Source: Mobula hypostoma
Lineage: Eukaryota
Length of the DNA: 64,000 nt
NCBI RefSeq assembly: GCF_963921235.1
Contig: NC_086125.1
Span: forward strand, 20,336,001-20,400,000
Reading direction: 5' to 3'
Within the stretch, counting starts at the first letter, position 1, and the number at the start of each line of letters is the position of its first letter. The translations under genes were made by a program, and so were the position numbers. Positions 1-13,227 of the stretch are shown here, piece by piece. Below the pieces are notes generated by a model. It ran no database searches, had not been told where the DNA came from, and was given only the letters and a program-made list of their open reading frames with translations.

Positions 1-258
1 GACCATCAGTCACCCAATTACACAACTCTAACGTTCATTCTTCCCACATTCACTTCAATTTTTCCCAAATTATACCACTCACCCACACACTAGGGGCAAT
101 TTACAGTGACAGTTAACCTACCACTTCGGGCTGTGGGAGGATACCAGAGCACCTGGAGGAAACCCACATGATCACAAGGGGGGCATGCAAACTCCACAGA
201 GACAGCTACCAAGGTCAGGATCAAACCTGGATCTCTGGCACTGTGAGGTAGACTAGCT

Positions 259-1455
259 CACTTCAGCCCACATCTGTGGGAAGAGACCAGGTTTCACGTC
301 ATAGACCCTTTATCATTTACGGTAAAATCCCTTTTTTAAAATATTCTCCCCAATTCCCTCCAGGTTCTTCCCAATCCTTGATTCCAGGACACAGACTGGG
401 GAGGCCAACAGACAAGATCCCCAAATCCATTGCGGTGTGGTTGACATGGGCGCCCTCTTACTTGGCGCACAAAGACTTAGTTCCAGGAGCAACGGGGGGC
501 AGGATAATACATGACGACCCTGCTAATAATGTTCATTCTGTAATAATTACGAATAAATGGAGAAAAGGGATACCAACCCCTAATTATTCCATGAGCCTGT
601 CCTTGTCAAACAAGATGGGATGATCCAGAGCATGAGAGGTTTCACATCTCCCCAAGTAGTCGTTTAAGTTCCAGGGATAAGGACAGGGGTTTATCAATCC
701 CCAGACTGGAAACTCAGATCCCTTTGGGTATTATTAAGAAATAATAAAGATTTTACAAAATCTAAGAATAGGTTAGAGGTCTCAGTTTTAAACTTGCTGG
801 GGTTGAATCTGAACTTGTGATTGATTAGTAAACTTCATAATAATGTTTATGATGTAATAATGAATTCAGGTTTAGTCTATTCATTCACAATTATTAGATT
901 AAAAACATTACTTGAGCATTATAAACATTATTGTCTGAGCAGAATTTGTCTCCGAAAGTAACTTCCTAGAATGACTCCAGTTAAATATTATTTGCCTCTG
1001 TATTCAAATGCATTTCCCCTTACAAAAGCTAGCCTACAGGCATTGTTGTCGTTACTCTAAGCACTTGGCGAATGGGGAGGCTCACCTGTAAATCACTACC
1101 GAGCCCATGGCTCCTGACGCTAACAGATATACAACATGCCACAGACATTGATACAATGGTGTAGCTAACAGAGCAGTTGCTTCTCAATTCTAGGCACCAG
1201 AGCTCAGTTCAAATCTCTGGTATTGTCTATAGAGAGTCTGCATGTCCTCTACAATTGCATGTGTGTCCAGTTCAAACATCCCAAAATAGACCAGTCAGTG
1301 GGTCAATCGGCCTCTGCAAATTGTCCTTAGGATACAACGAGTGGAAGAACCTGGAGGGAATTGGGGAGAATATTTTAAAAAAGCAATTTTACTGTAACTA
1401 ATGAAGGGTCTACAACCCTAAGCCTGGTCTCTTCCCACAGATGTGGGCTGAAGTG
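259..1455. repeat. Local inverted duplication: 259-371 versus 1343-1455
   Basis: Perfect reverse-complement blocks 259-291/1423-1455 (33 bp) and 331-371/1343-1383 (41 bp), with a diverged middle. Confidence 0.85.
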
Positions 1456-2834
1456 CACAGTACCCTCAGCAACTTCTGTTCCTGCTTCTGATTTGCATCA
1501 CCTGCGGTTTTGTTTAATTTCACTGGACAAAAGAAAGCTTAAAGATCAGCTTTATTTGTCACACGCACAGCGAAACTTACAGTGAAAGGTGCCGTTTGCG
1601 TTGGCGGCCAGCACAGCCCAAAAGGTGTGCTGGGAGCAGGCCGCGAGTGTGACCACATTTCTGGAGCCAACATAGCATACCCTCAGCTCACTGACTCAAA
1701 ACCGCACGTCTTTTTGGAATACGGGAGGAAACCGGAATTCCCAGAGGAAATCCACATGGTCACAAGGAGAGCATACAGATAGTGGTGGGAATCATCAGAT
1801 TGCCGGTGCTGTGAAGCGTTATGCTAACCACCACACTGCCGTACCACCCCTACTGATGGTCAGCTTATGGACTTGACGGACCAGAAGACTCGTGTCTATG
1901 CTGTATAGATCTATCACAAGGCAAGTCAGCATCCCTCCGATATGCAATCTACAACGGGAGCATTGAGGAGAACCGTGACAGTGCCTTGGCTTATCTGTGG
2001 CACATAATATTAAAACAAAACACTTGTCTGCACTTGCTGGGACTTAAGTCAGGGAGAGAGGGTGAGGCCATTGGGACATTTTTCATTGGAGTATCAGAGA
2101 AAGAGGACTGATTGTATATAAAGCCAGAATGAAGATGAGGTGGAGATTTAGCATAACCTCAAATAACACCCCTACCAGAGATGAACAGCCTTTGACACTC
2201 AATATATTAAGTTCATGCATTGAAAATGAACTTAAATATCAGTCTGCTGCTGACAAGTCTCACACTCAAGCCATCCTCTCCTCCCAGCTCTCGGCTAAGC
2301 ACAGGACCTTCATGCGTCTCTGCGATAATCTAATGCCCCAGCAGCTGGAAGCCTGTGACCAACACTTCTAAGCTGCCTCTAAAGGGATTGGGAGATACAT
2401 TTTGGCAGGACAGCTGATACACACTTCTCTCCTGTAGCTACTGTTAAATGCAAAATCTCCCTTCCAGAGCCTGGCATTAAAAGGCAAAGCAATTTTTTTT
2501 TTTAATTATTGAAAGCTTTCCCCAGGGAAAAATTTAAACTCCACTGAAGTCTCAAAGGTTGAAATTAATGATGGAGGGAATATTCGGCTTCCCAATATGT
2601 GGTGTACAGGCAAACAAAGAGGATTTCCTCAGTGAAAGGGGGCAGGCCAATTCTCCTGTACTCTGCCGCATATTAACATTCAGATCACACACCCAGTGTC
2701 TCGTTCCCACCTCCTCTTTGGCTCACAGCAGCTTCAAGGTCTGAAACTAATCTAGAGGTGTTTCCCCCCCCAACCAACCCCCGTTCTGTCCCACATCTCT
2801 ACAGCAAGACCATAACAGTAGACCCTCACTCCGA

Positions 2835-3015
2835 NNNNNNNNNNNNNNNNNNNNNNNNNNNNNNNNNNNNNNNNNNNNNNNNNNNNNNNNNNNNNNNNNN
2901 NNNNNNNNNNNNNNNNNNNNNNNNNNNNNNNNNNNNNNNNNNNNNNNNNNNNNNNNNNNNNNNNNNNNNNNNNNNNNNNNNNNNNNNNNNNNNNNNNNNN
3001 NNNNNNNNNNNNNNN
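2835..3015. other. Assembly gap (181 N)
   Basis: Run of N bases. Confidence 1.
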
Positions 3016-4308
3016 TGTGTCACTTGTGTCACGACAAAATTGGAAAGGATTGATTTGAGCACCGCGCAAGAGTCACCCCGCTTCCACCGCCAACCCAGTC
3101 ACTATCTTAACCCATACGTCTTTGGAACGTGGACAGAAACTAGAGGAAACACACGTAGTCACAGAGACAGTGTACAAACTCTTAGCAGATAGCAGTGGGT
3201 ATTGAACCCCGATCTTACAGTGGGCACTGTAATAGCTTTACACTAACCACTACACTACCTGAGAACTATCCACTGGGTCCTGTAGATGGTCAATTCTGCT
3301 CTCTCCCTCTGCCCTGCAATAGCCCAGTGGTGGTAACTTCATTCTCTGCACCCAAGTTTAACCGCAAGCTATCTGCTGGAGGAACTCAGCCGATCGAGCA
3401 GCATCTCTGAGGAGGGAGGGAAGGAAGGAAGAGGGAATGGTGATATTTCGGGTTGCAATCCTGAGTCAGGTCTTAAGGCGTCATCCTGAAATGTTGACGA
3501 TTCTTCTCCTACTGACACTGATCAACCTGCTGAGCTCCTCCAGCAATAACTCTCTATTGCACCAGATTCAAGCACCTACTGTCTCCTGTGCATTTAGGTG
3601 TAACTGTAAAAGGGGACAACCAATTCCCGTCAGTTGATTCAAAGACACTGGAATAGGGGAGGCTTTATAGAGGTCGGCAACAACATGAAAACAGGAAATA
3701 GCTATTCTACAAGCCCTATCACGCACCTCCTGCAGAGTGATTCTACCTCTTTTTGCAGCACTCCGGTCCAATTTCATCCCAATTTTACTCAGTTTTGGTC
3801 CCTCTGTTTGCAAAGGATAAACCTGTTTAGTAATGCCTGTTTTTTTAAAATACAGAACATTCAACATGAATATGCCTCTCTGAAAGCATTTTAAATGCCA
3901 CTATCATATCTGTTTCCACCACTGCCCCCACAGTCCGTTCCAGGCACCCACCACTCTTTATATTAAAAGAAAACCTGACCTGTAGATCTCCTTTAAACTT
4001 TGCCCCCTCTCACCTCAAATACATGTCCTCTGGTACTTAATATTTCTACCCTGGGATAAAGATATCCCAATCAATGCCCCTCATGATTTTATAAACTTCT
4101 ATCAGCTTTCCTCTCAGCCTCCGACACTCCAGAGAAAACAACCCAAGTTTGTCCAAAGTCACAGCCCCTAATCCAGTCGGCATCCTGGTGAGCCTCCTCA
4201 GAACCCTTTCCACAGCCTCCGCATCCCTGTTGGAATCAGGGACCCAGAACTGCACACAATTCATTTCTGCTGCTTACTTCACGGAGGTGGTGAGAGGGGG
4301 GCCCTTAC

Positions 4309-4494
4309 CTGGCATACAGATACATGTGAATTCCCCAATGCGATCGAGGCAGGTGGCATCATTCTGGCAGGGCATGGAGAGGCATTCGTTGATATCCGTC
4401 TCACAGCGAGGGCCAGTGTAGCCGTTCCCACACTGACACTGGAAGGAGCCCTCAGTATTCACACACTTCCCAAAGTGTTCACACGGATTGGCCC
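4309..4494 (-). CDS. notch3: Notch3 internal exon (exon 8 equivalent; EGF10-11, ligand-binding region)
   Basis: [71 protein letters not shown] boundaries, 186 bp. Confidence 0.95.
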
Positions 4495-4606
4495 CTTTGG
4501 AAAACAAATAAACACATGGAACTTAAACAGAAACAGAAGCAATACGACACATTTCAGGGGGAAATATGAGGCGAGGCATCAGCATAGGGTCTGATTATCC
4601 AAACCT

Positions 4607-5175
4607 ACACTCTCAGTGGCCACTTTACTTGGTACACCTGTGCCCTGCTCGTTAATACAAACATCTAATCAGCCAATCACATGGCGGCAACTCAATGCAT
4701 AAAAGCATGCAGACATAGTCAAGAGGTTCAGTTGTCACTCAGACCAAACATCAGAATGGGGAAGAAATGTGATCCTGGAATGATTATTGGTGTCAGACGG
4801 GGTAGTTTAAGTATCTCAAAAATTGCTGATCTCCTGGGACTTTCATGCACAACAGTCTCTAGAGGTTACAGAGAGTGATGCAAAAAAAAATAAAAGCATC
4901 CAGCGAGTGGCAGTTCTGTGGGGCGAAAATGCCTTGTTAATGGAAGAGATCAGAGGAAAAGGGCCAGACTGGTTCAAGTTGACAAGAAGGTGACAGTTAC
5001 CCAGACATCCACATATTCCAACAGTGGTGTGCAGAAGAGCATCTCCAAACGCACAACACATTGAACCTTGAAGTGGACGGGCTACAGGAGCAGACGACCA
5101 TGAACATACAGAAATGCACTCAGTGGCCAATTTATTAGGTATCTCTTACACTTAATAAAGTAGCCAATGAGTGTA
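4607..5175 (+). mobile_element. Tc1-like non-autonomous element (related pieces at ~34665-34930 and ~43483-43825)
   Basis: Termini CACTCTCAGTGGCCACTTTA / TAAAGTAGCCAATGAGTG flanked by TA; transposase N-terminal remnant MGKKCD...LSISKIADLLGLSCTTVSR. Confidence 0.72.
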
Positions 5176-5546
5176 TGTTAGGTGTGGAGAACAACAGAGT
5201 GTAAATCCAGATACAAGATGATAAGAGGCATAGATAGACAGCCAATGCCTCTTTCCCAGGGCGGCAGACAACAGACTTTTAAGGTGACTGTAAGAAAGAA
5301 TAGTGGGGACGATAGGTTATTTTTTTTTTACACAGAGAATGGCAAGTGTACTGCCAGGGGTGATGGTAGAGGCAGATACACTAGGGACATTTAAGACAGT
5401 AAAATGTATCATGAGAGGAATTTGTTCATCTAAAGTGAGACAGTGAAAAGATGCAACTTCTGGGAACTCCAGTTGTTACCCAACATCTAATGGGACAAAC
5501 TGTTGTCACTTCCACCAGCTCCGCTGGGCAAAGTATTCATCCGTAC

Positions 5547-5702
5547 CTATTGAGCATTCGTCCACATCCTGATTGCAAGCAGGCCCGGAGAATCCCGAGG
5601 GGCACGTGCAGATGGCTTCCCCGTTCACTGGGTTGGTGTCACAGATGGCCCCTTCGTGACACGGATTGCTAACACAAGCATCCTCGAGGTGGCACAGCAA
5701 GC
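5547..5702 (-). CDS. notch3: Notch3 internal exon (exon 7 equivalent; EGF9)
   Basis: [61 protein letters not shown] boundaries, 156 bp. Confidence 0.95.
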
Positions 5703-7179
5703 CTGCAAGTCAATGAGGGAAGAGTTAGAAGGTGCCGAGGAGAAGCCAGTGGCTTTGTAGGCTATTACTGGGTGTGGCATGCCAACATTGTGAGCTGGAA
5801 ACCATCAAAGTGCCAAATCAGCCCACAGCCTGGTCAGGAAGCATCTGAGGAAACAGAAAGAGAGCTAACCTTTCACGTCACAGAACACCACAGAACAGAA
5901 ACAGGCCCCCCGGCCCACCTAGTCCTTACTGAACTTATACTCTGATTAGTCTCATCGTTCCCAGATCATAGTTCTCCACACCTCTCTCATCCATGCCCTA
6001 ACCTCTCTTAAATGTTGAAATCAAACCCACATCCAACACTTCCGCCAAGTTTTCAAGTTCTAAGTTCACTGTATACATGCCATTCAACTGTATACATGTG
6101 TAAAGCTAAACAAAACATTCCTCAGGGACGAGGGTGCAAAGTACTGTCCATATATCACATACACCACATAAAATAATATTAACAGATAAAGTTACTCTGT
6201 AGATGTGCAAGCTGACATGAAGTGCTTATACGAAGTATAATTAAATATACAACAGTATATTATTACTAGTGCTCTCATAAATAATATATTCCACACTCTC
6301 AGCAAGTAAAAAAAGCTCTCCCTCATGTTCCCTTTATAGGTTTTACCTTGCACCGTTAACCCTTAGCCTGCTTATATTTAACCCATTTATTTGTATACCT
6401 ATATATGTGATCTGAGACTTATTGTCTGAAGGGCTTCTAAACAAAACCGTGAACTCTGTTTCCTGTTGTACCAATGCCGTCTGATCTCTTCAGTGTTGCC
6501 AGCAATTTCAGTTTTTATTTCAGACTTACAGCGGTTGCAGGTTTTGATTTCTCCGACTAGTGGTTTTGATTATATATACATGCAGTATAGAGTGGTGAGC
6601 ATGGAACCTGGCCCTCTGGCCCAACACGTCTTCCAGACCACCCAGCATCCACCCACCTTGATCCCACTCAGATCCAACCCAATCTCCACGCATTGCCCTC
6701 AGCTCACTCCAGATCCCACCTCTCACCTCCGCACTCAGAGCTGCTTACACTGGCCAACTACCCGCCAATCCACACGACGTTGGAACATGGGAGCAGCCAA
6801 CATCGTCACAAGAACATACCAGCATCTCACAGACTGCACCAGTCACGGGGAAGATTTCCAGGGTGACTGAGGGACTAGTTTTTCCACGCAGAGGACTGGA
6901 AATAGAACGAGCTGCCAGAGGAAGTAGTAGAGGCAGGTACGGGTAAAAGACCCTTGGACAAGTAAACCGATAGGACAGGTTTGAGGGGACCAACGTGGCC
7001 AAATGGGGCTACCTCAGCACTGTAGTCAGCATGGCCAAGTTGGGCCGAGTGGCCTGTGTCCCTGCTGTACGACTGACCACATAGGTAGCAGTGGGTCAAG
7101 AAGATAACTCAGGGTCACTGCTTTAAGAGCAAACGCAACAAAGCGTGGACTTTTGTCACTGTGTCATTGGCACCTATGA

Positions 7180-8004
7180 CATCGGTTGAAAGGGGGAAAA
7201 AGGCCTTGTGCAATGAGAATAGGAAGAGGCTGATGGGCAGGACCTGCAAAGTAATCTCCGATTACTGCCAGTGCCACGCACTCGCCAGGGCAGGAATAGA
7301 ATGATAGTGCAGGTGAATGAGTGGCTGAGGAACTGGTTCAGGGAGCAGGGATCATTGGGATCTCTTATGGGGAAGGTATGACATACAAAAAGGATGGGTT
7401 ATACCTGAACCCGAAGGGTCCAATATCCTTGTAGGCAGGTTTGCCAGAGCTGTTTGGGAGGGTTTAAACTAATTTGGCAGAGGGATGGGTGCCACAGTGA
7501 GAAGGCTGAGGATGGGGCAGCTGGTGTATAACTCGATGCATTGTGGGGAAGGACAGGCAGATGATTGGGTAAAATTGCAGTCAGTGGGATGAGTTGAAGC
7601 GTAACACGGGGACAAAATCAAAAATGATGATCAATACAGGGCTGAAGGTGTTATATTTGAATGTATGCAGTGCATGGAATAACAGATCATCTTAGAGCGC
7701 AGTTAGAGATTGGCACTTTGGTAGAAAAAACAAAGATGCAGACGATTTTCTAAACGGGCAGAAAGTTCAAAACCCAGAGGTGCAAAGGGACTTGGCCGTT
7801 CTTGGGTAGGATTCCATAAACATTAACTTGCAGATTGAGTTGATGGTGAGGAAGACAAATGAAAGTTTAACACTCATTTCAAGAGAACTAGAATATAACA
7901 GCAAGGATGAAATGCTGAGGCTTTATAGGTGGCCCAAAATGTTGACTGCTTATTCATTTCCATAGATGCTGTAGATGCTGCCTGACCTGCTGAGCTCCTC
8001 CAGC

Positions 8005-8050
<46 letters not shown>

Positions 8051-8610
8051 GCTTTAGAAAGTATTAGTCAGATCACACTTGGGAGTATTGAGAGTGGTTT
8101 TGGGCCCATATCTAAAAGATGTGCAGGCATTGAAGTGAATCCACAGGAGGTTCACAAGAATGATTCTGGGAATGAAAGGGTTAACATATGACGAGCATTT
8201 AAACGCTTTGAGCCTATACTCACCAGAGTTTAGAAGAATGAGGGGGGATGTCATTGAAACCTACCAAATATTGAAAGTCTTAGATACAGTGGATGATTCC
8301 TATAGTATGGGAGTTTAGAACCAGAGGTCACAGCCTCAGAATAGAGGGACGTCCATTTAGAACAGAGATGAGGAGGAATTTCTTTAGCTAGAGGGTGGTG
8401 AATCTGTGGAATTCTTTGCCACAGACAGATGTGGAGGCCGAGTCATTGGGTATATCTAAGGTAGAGGTTGATAGGTTCTTGATTAGTGATGGCGTCAAAG
8501 GCAATGGAGAAAAGGCAGGAGAACGGGATTGAGAGGGATAATAAATCAGCCATGGTTCAAATGTGGAGCAGAATCAATGGGCCAAATGGCTTCATTCTGT
8601 TCCTATGTCT
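7180..8610 (+). mobile_element. Internally deleted CR1 LINE (ORF1 esterase remnant, ORF2 start, RT tail, 3' UTR), interrupted by a Penelope tail and (TG)n
   Basis: Remnants LLPVPR...RNRMIVQVNEWLRNW and LKVLYLN, plus the typical elasmobranch CR1 tail AGGAGGAATTTCTTTAGC...GAATCTGTGGAATTC. Confidence 0.75.
8007..8049. repeat. (TG)n microsatellite
   Basis: Seen directly; it expands the TG-rich end of a Penelope tail. Confidence 0.95.
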
Positions 8611-8661
8611 CCAAGTGAATGCAAAACGGAGGGTGGGGAGGAAACAAATGCAGATCAGTAC

Positions 8662-8895
8662 CTGTCTTCCCAACGGGGCACTCGCAGAAGAAGGACGCCA
8701 CTCGGTCGTGACACGTGGCGCCATGGAAACAGACCGCCGTGGCACAGTCGTCAATGTTCTCGCTGCAGTCATCCCCCGTCCACCCGTTGACGCAGACACA
8801 CGTGTGGCTGCCTTGAGTGTTGAAGCAAGTGCCACCATTGTGGCAGGCATTGGGCTGCAGGTGACACTCATCGACGTCTTCAGTGCAGAACTGAC
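8662..8895 (-). CDS. notch3: Notch3 internal exon (exon 6 equivalent; EGF7-8)
   Basis: Manual translation [87 protein letters not shown] boundaries, 234 bp. The ORF track shows only the wrong frames here. Confidence 0.95.
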
Positions 8896-11334
8896 CTGAA
8901 GGGGCACGATCGTCGGAGGGTCAGAGTCCCACAGATAACAAAAGTATTTCTATGTTACATATTTAGTCAAATGATCAATCAGGCTCGAATATCCCTCAAA
9001 ATAATTCAGTAAGGTCGGAAGCTGGCTCAAGTTGGTACAGTGTCCATTGTCATAGAAATACAATTCGAAACAGATTGATAAAGAAAAAGACTGGCTTTAT
9101 TTGTCACAGGTACGTCGAAACGTACAGTGAAATGTATCATTTCCTTCAAATCAGATTAGTGAGGATTGTGCTGGGCGGCCCGCAAGAGTCGCCATGCTTC
9201 CAGTGCCAACATAGCATGCCCACAATTTACTATTTGTACATCTATTGGAATGTGGGAGGAAACCAGAGCACCCTGAGGAAACCCTCGCAGTCACGGGGAG
9301 AACTCGGAGGCAGCGGAGGGAATCGAACCCCGTTCTTGCAGCTGGTGCTGTGAAGCCTAGCAATCACTTGCTGTGCTACCATGCCACCCAGTCCAGGACT
9401 GCCAACACATCCCCGGCCAGAGTGGTGTGGTTACCTGCCTGGTGATCCAACAGATCAAGCTAACTACTGGAGAAGCAGTGTCATATTCCACCACAGCAGT
9501 TGCTTATTAAATAATTAAAGATTCAAATACACTTATTATCAAAAAATGTATAAATTATACAACCTTGACATTTGCTTGCTCACAGGTCGCCACAAAGCAA
9601 GAAACCCAAAATAAGCCAATTAAAGAAAAATAAAGAATAAAAATAAGAAGACCATCACTCAATACATAAGAGAAAGGGGGAAAAAAGACAAATCAAGCAA
9701 ACAGTAGCATTCCAATCCAAAACTGAGTCCTCAGATCTGAACCCTGGGATAGGCCCAAAGCCTCATTTATCAGTTCATCATATTAGCGGGCACGGAGCAC
9801 AGCAGTCGGGGCAGTCTTTGTAGCCTCAGCTCCATGGAGATGACCATCGGGGAAAGAGTGGGATAATCCACTGTCATCCCAACTGGCACCCTGTCTTTAC
9901 AGACTATCTGGGCCAGCGTTTAAATGTACTTTTAAAAAGAAAGTACCTCATTAACAGTGAACATGAAAAGCCTGGACCTTTGCAAAAGCCCCTCAGGCTC
10001 ACTGAGGTCAAAGTAGGAAATCTGTCGTCCTTATGAGGAGATTCCATGCAAGGTAGCAAACCCTTAAGTGCCCTAATCAGCTACTTAATTGGATCATAAC
10101 CACTGCGTCAATATAGAGAATCTGGGAGAAGTGGGGGTTCACACTGTAGCAGCAGTTCAAGAAGTTGGCTCAGCACCACCTTCTTCAGTGTAATTAGCGA
10201 CAGGCATAAACACTGGCTTTCAGGTGACACCCACCTCCTGGAAAACTAATACACACCACAAAATATATTCAACGTACAGCACCAAAGCAGGACATTTATC
10301 GCCCCCCCCCACCCCGAAACATAATGCACCCTCAAAACCTGTTTAATTCAATCCTGTCATTTTTATCCTTTCATCCTCAATAGTTGATCCAGCCTTCCAT
10401 TACATAGTTAATGAGCGAGGTCGGAAGAGAATGGCCAGAATGATGGTTGAAGCTCAATAACCAGACGTAACAGCAGTGGTGTGCAGAAAAAAACACATCA
10501 GATCTTGAAGTGAGTGGACTACAGTGGCCGAAGATCACAAACACACAGCGCTGTACAAAAGTCTTAGATAGACGTGCACAGACACACACAAAACAAGCGT
10601 GCCTAAGACTTTTGCACAGTACTGCAGTAATTTTATGCATTGCACTATACGCTGCTGCTGCAAAAAAGACTAATTTCATGAGATATGTGAGTGATGATAA
10701 AAACCTGATTCTGATCGTGGGCTCTGCTGTGGAAGAGAGTTGAAAGGGGGCAGGGAGAGGGGAATCATGGTTGGAAAAGGGGGAAGGGAGAGGGGAGGGA
10801 GTGGGAAGCACCAGAGAGACATTCTATAATGATCATTAAACCAATTGTTTGGAATCAAATAACCTTGCCTGGCGTCTCAGGGCTGGGTGTGTCTGCACAC
10901 GTGCCACCTCCCGGCCTTGACACTCCTTCTCTGCCACCTGTCCCACACCCCTCCCGTGACGCTCCACCCTCGATGTTCCCGACATCCTTTGCTCCTGCCA
11001 AAATTACAAGCTCACTCTCCATTCCATGTTGACAAATACAGTACTGTCCAGAAGTCTTAGGCACCCTATGTGCTTAAGACTTTTGCATGGCACTGTACAC
11101 TCAGTTGTCACTTTATTAGTTACAGGAGATACCTAATAAAGTAGCCACTGAATATATAGTAACTTCTTCCTCCTTTCAAAGATGATTAGAGATCGACTAT
11201 ATTACCATTAACGTCTCATGAGCAATTAGACAAAAAAATTCCCAAATCATAAATACAAATCCTTCCTCCTTTCATTGGGTGATAATGGTATCTCACCTGC
11301 CCTGCTAATGTTATTCTTGCTAATGCTGACATAC

Positions 11335-11457
11335 CTGTCCACTCAGGTGTACACTGGCAATTGTAGGTGTTCACCCCATCGATGCAGGTCCCGCCGTGCC
11401 CACAGTTGTGCTTGGGGCAATCGTCGATGTTAATCTCACAATTCTGTCCCTCAAAAC
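11335..11457 (-). CDS. notch3: Notch3 internal exon (exon 5 equivalent; EGF6)
   Basis: [50 protein letters not shown] boundaries, 123 bp. Confidence 0.95.
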
Positions 11458-11693
11458 CTAATGAGGAAAGAAAGAAAGCGAGGATCAAGCTTCCTGAATA
11501 ATAAACTGAACTGCAGCCCAAATTACTGGAGTTCAATGCAGGTGAGACGACACCTAGAGCTATACTGTGCAGCCTGGACTTTCAATATAACTTGCAGTGG
11601 AGGCAAGTTAGAGAAGGTTCAACAGGTTGATTCTCTTGGGCAAAGAAGCCATCTTACAAAGTGAGGTTGGGCATGTTGGGGCCATGCTCATAG

Positions 11694-11965
11694 TGTCAGG
11701 AAATGTAGAGGAGGCTTGACCCAAACACAGAGCAGCAGAGACAATTTAGCACTTTAATAATAAACTGCAAAATAATGAGCCACAGAACAGATACTTAACG
11801 ACAAGGCAACTGAGTAACTGAAGGCTAGGAGCGACTGGTTGGTTCAATAGGTGGTCAAGGACTGTGGATGAGAGCTGGGTTTAAATAGGTTGCAGGTGAT
11901 GATTTGGAAACAAGTCACAGGTGACTCCTGCTAGCCTGGTGGTACCTGCCTACGCAGGCCTGACA
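11694..11965 (-). mobile_element. Probable solo LTR (Gypsy-like)
   Basis: Termini TGTCAGG...CCTGACA; 5-bp flanks CATAG / CATTG; TATTTAAA and ATTAAA on the minus strand; interrupts a CR1 fragment. Confidence 0.6.
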
Positions 11966-12584
11966 CATTGGGCTTTAGAAAACTGAAAGGTGATCTTATC
12001 GAACATATGACTGAGAAAGGGATTGACCAGAGTGGGATGTTAGGACAGGATGTTCTACCCCCACCCCCCAAACCCCGTGGGAGAATCTAGAACTTGGACT
12101 AAGTTAAGCCAAGGATCAAATTTCTTTACAGAGAGTTGAAAAACTTTGGAAGTCTCAACCTCCACAGAGATGACTTATTGAATATATTCAAAGCTGATGA
12201 TTGGACAACATGGGGAACAGGCAGAAAAGTGAATTAAGGCCCAGGACCAGCCATGATCCCACTGAACCATGAAGTAGTGATAAGGTGCTGAATGGCCTGT
12301 TCCAGCTTCATTTTTGAAGGCTGTGAGTGAGCAGAGTTACAAAGCCCACTAATTCGTATTGCAAAGTATCTTTTTATATCTACATTGATTGTATAAAGTG
12401 CTTCTATATAACTATTCAGAGAACACTGTGTGGGTTTGCAATTCATAATAAAAAATATATACCAAAAAAAAGCATTAAAACTTTTTCATTCTTCAACTTT
12501 GCATTAACAGTAGTAACATATTTTTTAAAAGGATAGCACCATTGTCACTTACACGGCCCCCCTGTGTTGATACACTCTGTCATT

Positions 12585-13227
12585 GGGAGGCGAGGAGAAG
12601 ATGGCGGCACAACACAGCGCACGCGGCCGCTCCGAATTGATATCGGTATTTGTTAAGTAGGATGCCGTGCACAATCCTGATTTGATGGAGACAGACGTGA
12701 GAAGCACGGAGGAACATCTGGAGAAACTTCTGAAATGCCCGCTTCGCTGCCGCTGCTACTGTGCAATCGAGAATCTCCGGAGGGGAAGGCCCCAAATCCT
12801 CGGCTTTGCCTATTGCTTGGCGGCCGGGGCTGGGGTCGAAGCGCTCGGCAGAGATGGTGCTCAGTGCTCGGTGTTGGAGGGCTGTGGTCAGGTGCTTCCA
12901 GGGTGCTGCATCGGCGAGTTTGCGGTGCTGGAGGTTCATAGCAGGGACAGTTTTTCTTCCTTCTACCGTCTGCGTGAGATGATGGGACTTTCGAGAGACT
13001 TTGAGACTTTTTTTTTTAACCATGCCCATGGTCTGTTCTTTATCAGATTATGGTATTGCTTTGCACTGTTGTAACTATATGTTATAATTATGTGGTTTTC
13101 GTCAGTTTTTCAGTCTTGGTTTGTCTTGTGTTTCTGTGATATCATTCTGGAGGAACATTGTATCATTTCTTAATGCATGCATCACTAAATGACAATAAAA
13201 GAGGACTGCGTGTCCTCATAATCTAAT
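12585..13227 (+). mobile_element. ~650-bp non-autonomous LINE-like retroelement, full-length copy 1
   Basis: Starts GAGGAGAAGATGGCGGC and ends AATAAA...(CTAAT)n; colinear with 23478-24141 and 28206-28892. Confidence 0.8.

Noticed and set aside
372-800. Possible retroviral env-like or viral remnant (TLLIMFIL hydrophobic patch)
   Set aside because: Needs several frameshifts and shows no diagnostic motif; cannot be supported without BLASTx.
2752-3192. ORFs spanning the N run
   Set aside because: Artefacts of the assembly gap.
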